Position numbers and translations under genes: made by a program. Shown piece by piece: positions 1-10,148 of a DNA stretch of 64,000 nt. The notes below the pieces were generated by a model. It did not search any database, was not told where the DNA came from, and saw only the letters and a list, made by a program, of their open reading frames with translations. Positions within the stretch are counted from its first letter, which is position 1; every line of letters begins with the position of its first letter. Location of the stretch: NCBI GenBank assembly GCA_020638905.1, contig JACKHP010000009.1, positions 101,956 through 165,955 on the forward strand, written 5' to 3'. This stretch comes from Planctomycetota bacterium. GTDB lineage: Bacteria > Planctomycetota > B15-G4.

Positions 1-1
1 C

Positions 2-1537
2 CTGTTCGATCCGGCGGTGGGCAACAAGACCTTCAACGGGCGCGACCGTGACCAGTACATCCTGTTCGAGGACTACGACGGCGACGGACGCGACGACACG
101 CCGCCCGACGTGCACTACGAGGCGGGCATGGGCTGCATCGACTGCCACGGCAGCTACGACCTGCACGGCGGCGACGTGGCCAAGGGGTCCGACGGCATCT
201 TCAGCCGCATGGAGCACGGCGTCGCGATCGGCTGCGAGAGCTGCCACGGCACGATCGACGCCTACGCCTCGACCAAGGCCGGCAAGAACTACGACGGCGT
301 CTCCGCCCAGCTCGCGATGGACGAGGGCGGCAACCTGCTGAAGCACGTCGAATGCGACGGGAACGGCGACCTGTGGCTCACGAGCCGCCTCGACGGCGTG
401 CGGCACTACGTCCCGCAGGTGCGCGACACGGTGGTCGACTCGGGACGGCTGAACCCGCTCGACGACGAGCCGCTCTACACCCAGCGCGCGAGCTACGCCA
501 TGGGACGCGCCGACGGCGACCCCGGCACGGGCCTCGGTCCGCTGCAGCTCGACTCCGCCTTCACGGGCTTCACGCACACCGACGACATGAACTGCGTCGC
601 GTGCCACGCGAGCTGGACGAACACCTGCCAGGGCTGTCACCTCGGCGGACGCTACGACGGCAACAACGACTTCAGCAACATCACGGGCCAGCCGATCGTC
701 TTCGAGCAGGCCAACGCCGACTTCGTCTACCAGTCGCCGATCCCGTTCCAGCTCGGCGTGGGACCCGACGGCAAGATCACGCAGCTCAGCGCCAACACGA
801 AGATGTTCTTCCAATGGGAGGACAAGAAGGGCGACGAGACCCGGGCCTTCAGCTTCAGCGACCGTCTCGGCCAGGGCGACTCGCCCGACGCGGCCCATCC
901 GTCGCTGAGCCACAACGCGATGATGGCGCACTCGATCCGCGGCCGGGTCGAGCCGAAGGACGAGGGTCCGCGCTACTGCGCCGCGTGCCATCTCACCGAG
1001 CAGGGCCTGGCCGACTTCGGCGCGTCCGAGTACGACGCGTTCCGCGCGGCGGTCGCGGCGGGCGACTACGAGTCGCTCGACTACGACATGCTCGCCGAGC
1101 AGATCGGACGCAATCCGGGCAACACGCTCGACTCGCCGGTCTGGGTGCACATGGCGGCCGGCCTCGGCAGCGGGCTCTTCCTGTTCGACGACAAGGGATG
1201 TCCCGTGAACCCGCTCGACGACAACGACCAGCGCGTGGGATGCGACGGCGTCGCGCCCGCCGACGCGCCGTTCACGAACGACCGCGCGCGCTTCGACCTC
1301 GACCGCATCGTGAACGAGGACGGCACCTCGAACGCGTCCAACAACCATCCGTTGCAGCAGGCCGGTGTCACGTCCGACCTGCGCGACGGCGCGACGGATC
1401 CGCAGATGGCGGGACCGCTCGGTGCCACGCTCCTGCAGCGGCTCACCGACCCCTCCGTCGGCATCGTGCTCGACTCCTGGCTCGACGCCGACGGTCAGCC
1501 GCGCGGGAACGCGGGCACCTGGATCGTGGATCCGTAG
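2..1537 (+). CDS. Multihaem c-type cytochrome, 5'-truncated by the window edge
   Basis: The reading frame is open back to nt 2 (LFDPAVGNK...). Five CxxCH haem motifs are present (CIDCH, CESCH, CVACH, CQGCH, CAACH). The composition is protein-like. Stop TAG at 1535-1537 is followed by a terminator hairpin. Confidence 0.8.
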   Translation: MFDPAVGNKTFNGRDRDQYILFEDYDGDGRDDTPPDVHYEAGMGCIDCHGSYDLHGGDVAKGSDGIFSRMEHGVAIGCESCHGTIDAYASTKAGKNYDGVSAQLAMDEGGNLLKHVECDGNGDLWLTSRLDGVRHYVPQVRDTVVDSGRLNPLDDEPLYTQRASYAMGRADGDPGTGLGPLQLDSAFTGFTHTDDMNCVACHASWTNTCQGCHLGGRYDGNNDFSNITGQPIVFEQANADFVYQSPIPFQLGVGPDGKITQLSANTKMFFQWEDKKGDETRAFSFSDRLGQGDSPDAAHPSLSHNAMMAHSIRGRVEPKDEGPRYCAACHLTEQGLADFGASEYDAFRAAVAAGDYESLDYDMLAEQIGRNPGNTLDSPVWVHMAAGLGSGLFLFDDKGCPVNPLDDNDQRVGCDGVAPADAPFTNDRARFDLDRIVNEDGTSNASNNHPLQQAGVTSDLRDGATDPQMAGPLGATLLQRLTDPSVGIVLDSWLDADGQPRGNAGTWIVDP

Positions 1538-1552
1538 CGCACAGGGACTGGC

Positions 1553-1593
1553 CTCCCCGGCGGCCCGGACCGCCGTCGGGGAGACCTTTTCTC
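1553..1593 (+). terminator. Rho-independent terminator after the cytochrome gene
   Basis: A 12-bp GC-rich stem pairs 1553-1564 (CTCCCCGGCGGC) with 1572-1583 (GCCGTCGGGGAG), with one G-U pair and a 7-nt loop. ACCTTTTCTC follows. T-runs are rare in this DNA. Confidence 0.65.
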
Positions 1594-1723
1594 GCGCCTC
1601 CCGCGCGCGCCGCCGTGCCATGGCGGGGCCTCGCGCGGATAATCTCGGCACGCTGTCGATCGGGCCGCCGCCCGTTCGACCAGGGGATGTCCACCGACGC
1701 ATCCCCCTCTCCGAGGAGCTCCC

Positions 1724-2089
1724 ATGAAGTACCTGTGCCTGGCGTACGGCGACCAAGAGAAGATGTCGAAGCTCACGCCCGAGCAGTTCGCGGCGCTCAT
1801 CGATCGGTGCAAGCTGCACGACGCCGAGATGCGGGCCACCGGGCAGTACCTCGAGGGCATCAGCCTCGAGTGGGGCGGCCCGGTGATCAAGGCGGTGGGC
1901 GGCAAGCCGGTGGTCACCGACGGTCCGTTCGTCGAGAGCAAGGAGCAGGTCGGCGGCGCCGTGATCATCGAGGCGCGCGACCTGAACGACGCGATCCGGG
2001 TGGCGTCGATGCACCCCGCGGCGCACCTGGGAGCCGACCTGGGCTGGGCGATCGAGGTGCGTCCCATCGCGGACGCCTGCCATCAGTGA
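1724..2089 (+). CDS. YCII-related (DGPF) domain protein
   Basis: 121 aa containing the DGPFVESKEQVGGAVIIEARDLNDAI signature of the YCII/DGPF family. A GAGGAG Shine-Dalgarno lies 5 nt upstream. It sits directly upstream of a COG4941-type sigma factor, the usual partner. Confidence 0.8.
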   Translation: MKYLCLAYGDQEKMSKLTPEQFAALIDRCKLHDAEMRATGQYLEGISLEWGGPVIKAVGGKPVVTDGPFVESKEQVGGAVIIEARDLNDAIRVASMHPAAHLGADLGWAIEVRPIADACHQ

Positions 2090-2117
2090 GGACGACGGGC
2101 GCGCGTCGGACGGCGAC

Positions 2118-3437
2118 GTGACGGACGACGACGCGGCGGCGCGCGGCGGTGGCGAGGCGGCGTCCGGCGCGCGCGAGGTGCGCGATGTGCGCGAGCGGAT
2201 CGAGGCGCTCTGGCGCGACGAGTCGCGGCGCGTGCTCGCCACGCTGGCGCGGCTGCTGGGCGACCTCGAGCTGGCCGAGGACGCGCTGCACGAGGCGTTC
2301 GCCGCCGCGCTCGAACGCTGGCCGCGCGAGGGCGTCCCGGCGAGCCCGCGCGCGTGGCTCGTGTCCACGGGACGCTTCCGCGCCGTCGACGCGCTGCGAC
2401 GACGCGCTCGTTTCGACGCGTCGCTCGGCGAGCTCGCGCGGCGCGTCGAGCGCGACGCACGGGACGCGTCGCGCTCCGGCGCGGCGCGCGAGCCCGACGA
2501 ACCGGCGGCGCTCGTGGACGACCGCCTGCGCCTCGTCTTCCTGTGCTGCCATCCGTCGCTGTCCGACGAGGCGCGCATCGCGCTCACCCTGCGCGAGGTC
2601 TGCGGGCTGACCACCGAGGAGATCGCGCGCGCGTTCCTGACGAGCGCGTCGACGCTCGCGCAGCGCATCGTGCGCGCCAAGGCCAGACTGCGCGACGAGC
2701 GCGTCGCGTTCGAGCTGCCCGGCCCGGACGCGCTGCCCGAGCGCCTCGACGCCGTGCTGCGCACGATCTACCTCGTGTTCAACGAGGGCTACCTGGCCAC
2801 GTCGGGCGAGATGCTCGTGCGCGCCGACCTGTCGTCCGAGGCGACCCGGCTGGCGCGGCTGCTCGTCGAGCTGTGCCCCGAGCCCGAGGCCGAGGGACTG
2901 CTCGCGCTCGTGCTGCTGCACGAGTCGCGGCGCGCCGCGCGCAGCACGGCGGCGGGCGAGATCGTCCTGCTCGACGACCAGGACCGCGCGCTCTGGGATC
3001 GCGCGCTCGCGTCCGAGGGCTGCGCGCGTGTCGAGCGTGCCCTGCGCTCGCGCCGCTTCGGACCGTACACGCTGCAGGCGGCGATCGCCGCCGTCCACGC
3101 CGAGGCGCAGGACGCCGCGTCCACCGACTGGGCGCAGATCGTGGGACTCTACGACGTGTTGCTGCGCGCCGAGCCGTCCCCCGTGATCGCACTCAACCGC
3201 GCGCTGGCCGTCGCGCGCCGCGACGGCGATGCGGCGGGACTCGAGATCGTCGACGCGCTGCTCGCGCGCGGCGAACTCGACGGATACCACCTCGCGTACG
3301 CCGCGCGGGCGGACCTGTGCCGACGCCTGGGGCGCGTCGCGGAGGCCAGGGCCGCGTACGCGCGCGCGCTCGAGCTGGTCCGGCAGGGGCCTGAGCGGCG
3401 CTTCCTCGAGCGGCGGATGCGCGAGTCGGGCGGTTAG
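2118..3437 (+). CDS. ECF-type RNA polymerase sigma factor with long C-terminal TPR-like extension (COG4941 type)
   Basis: Region 2 reads LELAEDALHEAFAAALERWPREGVPASPRAWLVSTGRFRAVDALRR. Region 4 HTH reads LSDEARIALTLREVCGLTTEEIARAFLTSASTLAQRIVRAKARL. A helical C-terminal half of about 230 aa follows. GTG start at 2118; the exact start is uncertain. Confidence 0.8.
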   Translation: MTDDDAAARGGGEAASGAREVRDVRERIEALWRDESRRVLATLARLLGDLELAEDALHEAFAAALERWPREGVPASPRAWLVSTGRFRAVDALRRRARFDASLGELARRVERDARDASRSGAAREPDEPAALVDDRLRLVFLCCHPSLSDEARIALTLREVCGLTTEEIARAFLTSASTLAQRIVRAKARLRDERVAFELPGPDALPERLDAVLRTIYLVFNEGYLATSGEMLVRADLSSEATRLARLLVELCPEPEAEGLLALVLLHESRRAARSTAAGEIVLLDDQDRALWDRALASEGCARVERALRSRRFGPYTLQAAIAAVHAEAQDAASTDWAQIVGLYDVLLRAEPSPVIALNRALAVARRDGDAAGLEIVDALLARGELDGYHLAYAARADLCRRLGRVAEARAAYARALELVRQGPERRFLERRMRESGG

Positions 3438-3679
3438 GGGGCGGCGCTCGGCGGCAAGCGGGTCGGCCTGCCCGCGCGGTCGCGGACGAGAGCCGGAGCG
3501 CGGCGGTCGTCGAGTTGTCGGCGGCTGGAGGTGGGCGTAGGATCGATCTCGTCGCCGCTCTCGGGGTCGCGAACCCGGCTTCGCGGCGAGATCGAGCGAC
3601 GGGTCGGTCTTCCTGCGGTGGCCGTACCGGTGCGATCCACTGGTCTGCCGCGCGGGTGCCGGTCAGGCGAGGACCCGAG

Positions 3680-4024
3680 ATGAACATCTTCAAGAAGGCC
3701 CTGGGCGCGCTGCAGGCCGGGTACCTGGGAGGCGAAGTCGTCACCACCGTGGGACGGGTCGAGGGTGAGCCCGCGATGGGAATGACGGCCGACCTCATGA
3801 AGGCCTCCGGCGAGATGCAGGTTCACGTCGTCCGGACCCCGTCGGAAGAGCGGGTCGTGGTGCTCGAGCTGCTCCAGGAACGAGCGCCGGGCGACGGCTC
3901 CGACATGGTCTGCGTCAGGCTTCGAGGGCCCGAGGCGACCCGGCTCTCGGAGCTGCTTCGCCGAGCGTCCGAAGAGGCTGTCCGACCGGGCGCTGCGACC
4001 GACACGACTTCACCGCGCGGCTGA
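3680..4024 (+). CDS. Hypothetical small protein
   Basis: ATG at 3680 (MNIFKKALGAL...) lies inside ORF 3515..4024, and the composition is protein-like only from this Met on. GGCGAGGA lies upstream. I recognised no family. Confidence 0.4.
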   Translation: MNIFKKALGALQAGYLGGEVVTTVGRVEGEPAMGMTADLMKASGEMQVHVVRTPSEERVVVLELLQERAPGDGSDMVCVRLRGPEATRLSELLRRASEEAVRPGAATDTTSPRG

Positions 4025-4067
4025 CCGACAGTCCGTTGCGGCCTGGAAATCCGGAGCTCCGAACACG

Positions 4068-4412
4068 ATGGGCGACGAACAGGTCGTACCCGAGACGAAG
4101 GGTGTCTCGGTGAGATTGCTCTCCGCGGTCGACCTCGGCCCCGAGATCGAAGGCATGGCAGGACGCCAACTCCGGATGCGCATGGTCACGATCGAGCCTG
4201 GTGGCGTCTTCGGACCGCTTCACGATCACAGGGGCCGGCCGGGAACCGTCTACATCCTGCAGGGGACGATCACGGATCATCGCAATGGGATCGCGACGGA
4301 CTACGGTCCGGGAGTGGGCTGGCCCGAAGACAGGAACACCACGCACTGGCTCGAGAACAGGGGGACGGTCCCGGCCGTGGAGATCTCGGTCGACATCGTC
4401 AGCCAGGTGTGA
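4068..4412 (+). CDS. Cupin domain protein
   Basis: 114 aa with the cupin motif region GGVFGPLHDHRGRPGTVYILQGTI ... THWLENRG. Confidence 0.75.
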   Translation: MGDEQVVPETKGVSVRLLSAVDLGPEIEGMAGRQLRMRMVTIEPGGVFGPLHDHRGRPGTVYILQGTITDHRNGIATDYGPGVGWPEDRNTTHWLENRGTVPAVEISVDIVSQV

Positions 4413-4626
4413 GCGCGGTCCCGACGGACGTCGGGTCGGACGGCCGGCATTCCTTCCGCCGCAGCGCGCCTCGTCACCGCCCTCCGTGCTGAGCGTGCCG
4501 GCCGGCACCCGATTCGGCTCCGCCTCGGCGACACCCGGCGTCCCGGGTCGACGGCCTTGGCCGCTCGCCCCGCCGGATGGCGCATGGAGGGGTCCGTTGC
4601 CGCTCGCAGGTTCCCGGAGGTCCGTC

Positions 4627-5193
4627 ATGCCGCTTCGCGCCCGATGCAATCCACGCTTCGCGCTGGGCCTCGTCGTCCTTGCGATCGCTGCCTGCGCGAC
4701 GACGCTCGACGACCGACTCGCCTCGGCCACGCCCGAATCGCTGCTCGAGCGCCCGCTTCTGAGTCGACTCGAGGACCTGAGTCCCGGGTCTCTCGACGCG
4801 CTGTTCGCGAAGCTCGACACCTGCGAGCCCGACACCGAGCTCGAGAGCTCCGTGGGAGAGGCGATCCGCGTGCTCGTCGAACGCGAGTACCGACGACACG
4901 TGCCCGAGGCGCGATGCTCCAAGACGTACCGACACTCGCCCGTCCTCGGCATGGCGGTCGATCCCGGTCCGCTTCGCGCGTGGTGGACCGGCAACCGCGA
5001 GCGCGTCCTCGCGCGTGAGCCCTTCGATCTCCCGGACGGGATGGTCGACACCCACGGCATGTCCTTCCTGGAATCGGTCACGGCGATGGGGGCGTCGAGC
5101 GATGCCGCGCAGGTGCAGGAGCCCGATCCCGAGACCCTGCGTGCATGCCTCAGCGAGCTCGGGTATGTCGGAAGGACCGAAGGCGACCGCTGA
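4627..5193 (+). CDS. Putative lipoprotein, unknown function
   Basis: Internal ATG of ORF 4201..5193. The N-terminus MPLRARCNPRFALGLVVLAIAAC has a signal peptide plus a lipobox-like LAIAAC. The upstream part of the ORF overlaps the cupin gene and is Arg/Ser-rich. Confidence 0.5.
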   Translation: MPLRARCNPRFALGLVVLAIAACATTLDDRLASATPESLLERPLLSRLEDLSPGSLDALFAKLDTCEPDTELESSVGEAIRVLVEREYRRHVPEARCSKTYRHSPVLGMAVDPGPLRAWWTGNRERVLAREPFDLPDGMVDTHGMSFLESVTAMGASSDAAQVQEPDPETLRACLSELGYVGRTEGDR

Positions 5194-5397
5194 CCGCCGG
5201 ACGCCTTGGGAGCCCGCGGCCATTCGCGACCCCACCAGGGAGAATCACCGTGGACGACCTCCTGCGCGGCGAACGCCTCGCAGTGGCCCACGGACGGGCG
5301 TCCGGCCGTATCATGACCCGCGGCGACAGCGCGCCGGGCGCCTGTCCGGCGACCGTGGGAGGAAGGCTGTCCCGACCACCCGTCCGGAGCCGGTCTG

Positions 5398-6606
5398 ATG
5401 GACTTCACCCAAGTGCTGCTGCACGTCGGACGCATCGCGCTCGTGCTCGCCATCGCCGCCCGTCCTTCGTCGCGCGACGAGCCGACGCGGCCCGGCTGGC
5501 AGGCCGCCGACGGCGAGGGCGGCATGTCGCTCGTCACGCTCGTGAACCTCGATCCGAAGCGCATGCCGGTGGCCGTCGAGGCCGACGACGACGCCAAGGA
5601 CATGAAGCTGCACGGTCGCCGCAAGTTCAAGCCGGCCAAGCTCGACGACTCGCTGGGCCAGGTCGCGCGGCTCGAGCTCAAGAGCCGCAAGCCGCAGGCG
5701 GCCGTGTGCCTGGGCAGCGCGTTCCACGGCGCGGGCGGCAGCAGCACGAGCGTGCGCATGGCCTGGGACGACGACAAGGGCTTCGTCGACGGCACCACGC
5801 TCGGCTTCTTCGAGGTGCGGCACACGGTCGGCGACACCACCGTCGTGCGACGACTCGAGGCGGTCTGGCACGATGACATGCAGGGCTTCTCGGTGCGCGC
5901 CGTCGAGGATGGCGAGGTCGTCGGCGAGACGGTCGACTATCCCGGCGAACAGCAGTTGCAGCTCGGCATCTCGCAGTTCGGCACCGACCTCATGCTCACG
6001 GCGGCCGTCGCGTCGGGCGACAACGAGACGAGCGACGACGCGACGCTCTACACGGCCGACCTCGGCGCCGACGACCTCACCTACTGCGGCGCGTTCGGTG
6101 CCGAGGGACTGGACAAGGGCGGCCGCATCTTCTTCGACCGGCTCTCGGTCTACGGTGACCCGAACCAGGTCGACCTGACCTTCGGCGAGAAGGTACTGGC
6201 CTACACACTGCAGGTCGCCTCGGTCGACTCGGGCAACGCCGAGGGCTTCGCGGATCCGGAGATGGGCTTCGGCAACGTCGCGCTGTCCCTCGACTGGGCC
6301 ACGGCCGCCGAGTCCGTCTACGACGAAGCGCAGGCCTCCCTCGACGATCTCGTCGCAGCCGGCACGATCAGCGGCAAGCGCGCCAAGCTGCTGAAGGCGT
6401 CGATCAAGAAGGGACGCAAGGCCATGGTCTCCGCGAACAAGCTGGCGGCCAAGCTCGTCGAGCAGGGCCAGGGCGAGGGCGACACGAACAAGAAGCTCGA
6501 GAAGCTCTGCCAGAAGGGACGCAACTTCGCCGACCTCGCCACGGGCCAGGTCTTCGGACTCGTCTCGGGCTGCGTCGACGACGTCTACGACTGGGCCGAC
6601 TTCTAG
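5398..6606 (+). CDS. Hypothetical protein (orphan), possible N-terminal membrane anchor
   Basis: 402-aa ORF with balanced, Asp/Lys-containing composition. An alternative start ATG at 5521 (MSLVTLV) has GAGG 7 nt upstream. I recognised no family. Confidence 0.55.
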   Translation: MDFTQVLLHVGRIALVLAIAARPSSRDEPTRPGWQAADGEGGMSLVTLVNLDPKRMPVAVEADDDAKDMKLHGRRKFKPAKLDDSLGQVARLELKSRKPQAAVCLGSAFHGAGGSSTSVRMAWDDDKGFVDGTTLGFFEVRHTVGDTTVVRRLEAVWHDDMQGFSVRAVEDGEVVGETVDYPGEQQLQLGISQFGTDLMLTAAVASGDNETSDDATLYTADLGADDLTYCGAFGAEGLDKGGRIFFDRLSVYGDPNQVDLTFGEKVLAYTLQVASVDSGNAEGFADPEMGFGNVALSLDWATAAESVYDEAQASLDDLVAAGTISGKRAKLLKASIKKGRKAMVSANKLAAKLVEQGQGEGDTNKKLEKLCQKGRNFADLATGQVFGLVSGCVDDVYDWADF

Positions 6607-6782
6607 GAGCGCCTGGCGTCGCGTCGCGTTCGTCATGCCCTGCGCGCACTCCGCGTGCGCTACGATCTCCGTGGTGGCGGGACGGGCGGCGCGCGGCGTC
6701 ACGTGCGTCCCGTGCACCCGCGGTCGGGGGAGCGCATCACGGCTCGTCCGGTCGCGCACCACGGAGCGCGCGAGGCGAAGCG

Positions 6783-8726
6783 ATGCGGAAGCACATCCTG
6801 TGCGGGCTGGTCCTGTCCCTGTGTGTGCTCGCGGCGCCCGGGCCGGCGCGCGCCCAGGACGCGGGCTTGCGTCTGCACACGGCGATCTTCAAGAGCAACA
6901 AGGCCGGCACGGCGTTCAAGGCCTTCCGCACCGGCGGCAAGGCGGCCTTCGACGTGAGCGTGCGTCTGTACCGCGACGTCGGCGCGTCCGACCCGTACCT
7001 CGACGAGTCGGGCCTGCCGTGGGAGGAGACGCTCACCTTTCTCGTGCAGAGCAAGGGACCGTTCGCGCCCAGCAATCCCGCCTCGGGACTGCACGTGCTG
7101 GTCGGCGCCGTCGCGGGACAGCTCGATCTGCTCGTGGGCGTGAGCCGTGAGCTGCCGCTCGACCTCGACCCGTCCGCGGCCTTCTTCACCACGCAGGTCA
7201 CGCGCCGCAACGGCAAGGGCGATGCGCTGCCGAGCTACGCCGAGTCGCCGGCGCAGCTCATCGCGTCGTCGGGACCGATGGGCGAGCCCGGTGAACCGGG
7301 CGCTCCGGGACAGCCGGGCGCCGCGGGACCGCAGGGCGATCCCGGGCCACAGGGACCGATGGGGCCGGCGGGCGACCCCGGGGCGGCGGGACCTCCGGGT
7401 GCGACGGGTGCGCCGGGCCCGCAGGGTGATGCGGGTCCGCCCGGCGCGACGGGTCCCGACGGCGCGCTGGGGCCTCCGGGCCCGACCGGGGCGGCGGGAC
7501 CACAGGGCGCCGCCGGACCGCAGGGCGACAGCGGTCCGCCGGGACCTGCCGGTGCGCAGGGCGATCCCGGCCCGCAGGGCCCGCAGGGAGATGCAGGGGC
7601 GCCGGGTCCCGCGGGCGCGACGGGACCACAGGGCATCCCGGGTCTGCCAGGCGACACCGGACCGCAGGGCCCGCAGGGTGACGTCGGTCCGCAAGGCGGT
7701 GTCGGTCCCGCAGGTCCCACCGGAGCGCAAGGGCCGCAGGGACCGCAGGGCGCCGCGGGTGCCTCGCCGTTCGCGCTCGTGGGCGCCGACGCGGTCTTCC
7801 CCGACGGCAACGTGGGCATCGGGACGGCTGCGCCCGACGAGGCGCTCACCGTCGACGGCGTGGTGCACGTGAGCGATCCGTCCGGCGGATGGCGCGACGG
7901 GCTGGGCGTGTTGCAGTCGCGCGCGCTGCGCGCACCGATCACCGGCGTCGACCAGCGCAGCGAGAACCTCGTGCTCCCGGCGCAGACGTGGGTGGCGATC
8001 GCGAGCGTCACGCTGCGCAGCGACGAACCCGGCGTGCTCACCGCGCGCGGCATCGCGGAGCTCGAGTCCGATCTCGTGCAGGCCGCGCCCAACCGCGTGA
8101 TGGCCGGCATCGCGGTCGACACCTTCGGTCCCCAGGGACAGCTCGCCGAGTCGACGCTCATGCCGTCGGGCGACCTGCTCGACTTCCGACGCGACCTCAC
8201 GGTCGATCGCGTGGTCGCGCTCGCGCCCGGCGCGCACACCGTGACGCTGCTCGCGCTGGCGGACGTCGGCACGCAGGGCGCCTTCGCCCGGGCCGGCTCG
8301 CTCGTGACGGAGTTCCAGCCGCGGCCCGGGACGTTCGCGCTCACGAACGACGAATGCGCCGGCGCCTTTTCCCTCGCGCCCGGCGTGACGGTGGGGACGC
8401 TGGCCGGTGCGACGGTCGGCGCGCCCGCGGCCGCCTGCGCGAGCGTGACCGGCGACGTCTGGTTCCGCTACGACGCGCCGTCCGACGGCATCGCCTACGC
8501 GAGCTTCTGCGACGCGGGCGGCGTGTGCGCCTTCGACAGCGTGCTCGCCGCGTACTCGGGGACGTGTGGCGCGCTCGTCCCGCTGGCCTGCGACGACGAC
8601 ACCTGCGGCACGCGCGCGCACGTCTCCTTCGCGGTGCAGGCGGGCGGCACCTACTTCGTCGCGGTGGGACGCAAGGCCGGCACGGCCGGGCCGTTCGCGC
8701 TGAGCCTGTCCGTGCTCGGGGGCTGA
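6783..8726 (+). CDS. Secreted collagen-like triple-helix repeat protein with Cys-containing C-terminal beta-sandwich-like domain
   Basis: Signal peptide [25 protein letters not shown], then 55 uninterrupted Gly-X-Y triplets. The C-terminal NDECAGAF...[10 protein letters not shown]...[25 protein letters not shown] pattern is reminiscent of pre-peptidase C-terminal-like domains. GAGG lies 8 nt upstream of the ATG. Confidence 0.85.
   Translation: MRKHILCGLVLSLCVLAAPGPARAQDAGLRLHTAIFKSNKAGTAFKAFRTGGKAAFDVSVRLYRDVGASDPYLDESGLPWEETLTFLVQSKGPFAPSNPASGLHVLVGAVAGQLDLLVGVSRELPLDLDPSAAFFTTQVTRRNGKGDALPSYAESPAQLIASSGPMGEPGEPGAPGQPGAAGPQGDPGPQGPMGPAGDPGAAGPPGATGAPGPQGDAGPPGATGPDGALGPPGPTGAAGPQGAAGPQGDSGPPGPAGAQGDPGPQGPQGDAGAPGPAGATGPQGIPGLPGDTGPQGPQGDVGPQGGVGPAGPTGAQGPQGPQGAAGASPFALVGADAVFPDGNVGIGTAAPDEALTVDGVVHVSDPSGGWRDGLGVLQSRALRAPITGVDQRSENLVLPAQTWVAIASVTLRSDEPGVLTARGIAELESDLVQAAPNRVMAGIAVDTFGPQGQLAESTLMPSGDLLDFRRDLTVDRVVALAPGAHTVTLLALADVGTQGAFARAGSLVTEFQPRPGTFALTNDECAGAFSLAPGVTVGTLAGATVGAPAAACASVTGDVWFRYDAPSDGIAYASFCDAGGVCAFDSVLAAYSGTCGALVPLACDDDTCGTRAHVSFAVQAGGTYFVAVGRKAGTAGPFALSLSVLGG
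7272..7766 (+). repeat. Collagen-like (Gly-X-Y)x55 coding repeat
   Basis: [16 protein letters not shown]...[12 protein letters not shown] was counted as 55 consecutive GXY triplets with no interruption. Confidence 0.9.
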
Positions 8727-8748
8727 GCGGCCGCGGCGCGCGGAGGCC

Positions 8749-9291
8749 TCAGCTCACGCCGACCTCGGCCAGCGCGTCCTCGGCGGCCAGCGTCTGGGCC
8801 ACGCCGTGCACGATGGCCGCGATGCGGATCACGTCCTGCACGGCGGTCTGCGAGAGGCCGGCGCCGCTGGCCTGGCGCTCGTGCGCGTCCATGCACTTGC
8901 CGCAGCCGTTCACCGCCGACGCGGCGAGGCACCAGAGCTCGAAGTCGACGCGCTCGACACCCGGATTGCCGATGACCTGCATGCGCAGGCGCGCGGGCAG
9001 CGACGCGTAGGCGTCGTCGACGAAGTGCGTGAAGCGGTAGTAGACGTTGTTCATGCCCATGATCGCGGCGGCGGCCTTGGCGCCGCGCAGGCCGGCCTCG
9101 TCGAGGTGTTGCGCGGCGTCCGTCGCGATCGCACGCAGCGTGGCGGGATGTCGCGCGGCGATGGCGGCGGCGAGGGCCGAACCCCAGGCCTGCGCCGGCG
9201 TGAGCTCGCTGGCCGACGAGATCGCGCCCAGGTTGAGCTTGAGGTCCTTGGCGTACTCGGGCAGGCGGTCCTTGATGTCCTGGACGGTCAT
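8749..9291 (-). CDS. ahpD: Alkylhydroperoxidase AhpD (carboxymuconolactone decarboxylase family)
   Basis: Internal ATG of ORF 8749..9435 (MTVQDIKDRLPEYAKDLKLNL...). The CxxC active-site region is AVNGCGKCMDAHE. It lies directly downstream of ahpC. Confidence 0.85.
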   Translation of the reverse strand: MTVQDIKDRLPEYAKDLKLNLGAISSASELTPAQAWGSALAAAIAARHPATLRAIATDAAQHLDEAGLRGAKAAAAIMGMNNVYYRFTHFVDDAYASLPARLRMQVIGNPGVERVDFELWCLAASAVNGCGKCMDAHERQASGAGLSQTAVQDVIRIAAIVHGVAQTLAAEDALAEVGVS

Positions 9292-9517
9292 GGCGTTCGA
9301 TCTCCGGGGACGGCGCTCGCGTGCGTGCGGCGCGGTCGGGTGCGTGGGTGCGGCGTGTGCGCGCGAGTCGTCGGCGCGTGCGAAGTGCGGGCGTCCGCGG
9401 GAACTCCGTCCCGCGGGCGCCCGCGGCCGGACCACCGCCGCGGGCGCCGGGCGACGTCCCTCGCCGCCGGGGGAGCCGGGCGACGACGGACGCCGCGGCG
9501 GGGTCCGGCGAGAGCGT

Positions 9518-10060
9518 TCAGACGGCGACGTGCAGTGTCTCGTCGCCCTTCTTCCAGTTGCACGGGCAGAGCTCGTCGGTCTGCAGCGCGTCGAGCACGC
9601 GCAGCACCTCCTCGGGGTTGCGTCCGACGCTCAGGTCGTTCACCGACACGTGCCGGATGACGCCCTGCGGGTCGACGACGAAGGTGGCGCGCAGCGCGAC
9701 GCCTTCGTCCTTGTCGAGGATGCCGAGCTGGCTGCACAGCTCGCGCTTGACGTCCGCGAGCATGGGGAAGGGCAGGTGCTTCAGGTCGGGGTGGTGCGTG
9801 CGCCAGGCGTGGTGCACGAACTCGCTGTCGGTGGAGAGGCCCAGCACCTGCGCGTCGCGATCGGCGAACTCGCCGTTCAACTTGCCGAAGGCCGCGATCT
9901 CCGTGGGACAGACGAAGGTGAAGTCCTTCGGCCAGGCGAAGACCACGCGCCACTTGCCGGCGTAGGTCTCGTGGTCGATGGTCTCGAAGGCCTTGCCCTG
10001 CTCGAGGGACACGCAGGCGGTGAGCGGGATGTTCGGGAAGCGGTCGCCGACGGTCAGCAT
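9518..10060 (-). CDS. ahpC: Peroxiredoxin, AhpC type
   Basis: MLTVGDRFPN...FAWPKDFTFVCPTEI contains the peroxidatic Cys motif, and a resolving Cys lies in ELCPCNW. GGAGA lies 7 nt upstream of the ATG at 10060. Confidence 0.9.
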   Translation of the reverse strand: MLTVGDRFPNIPLTACVSLEQGKAFETIDHETYAGKWRVVFAWPKDFTFVCPTEIAAFGKLNGEFADRDAQVLGLSTDSEFVHHAWRTHHPDLKHLPFPMLADVKRELCSQLGILDKDEGVALRATFVVDPQGVIRHVSVNDLSVGRNPEEVLRVLDALQTDELCPCNWKKGDETLHVAV

Positions 10061-10148
10061 GATCTGTCTCCAGGTGGGGTGTGCGGTGGGTCGCGGCGCG
10101 GTTCGCCGCCGACGCCCGCACCATCGCCCGTTCGCGGGGACGAGACCA

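Noticed and set aside
8722-8753. Hairpin between the convergent collagen-like and ahpD genes as a terminator
   Set aside because: Only a 6-bp outer stem (GCTGAG/CTCAGC) overlaps both stop codons. The interior is poorly paired and there is no T-tract.
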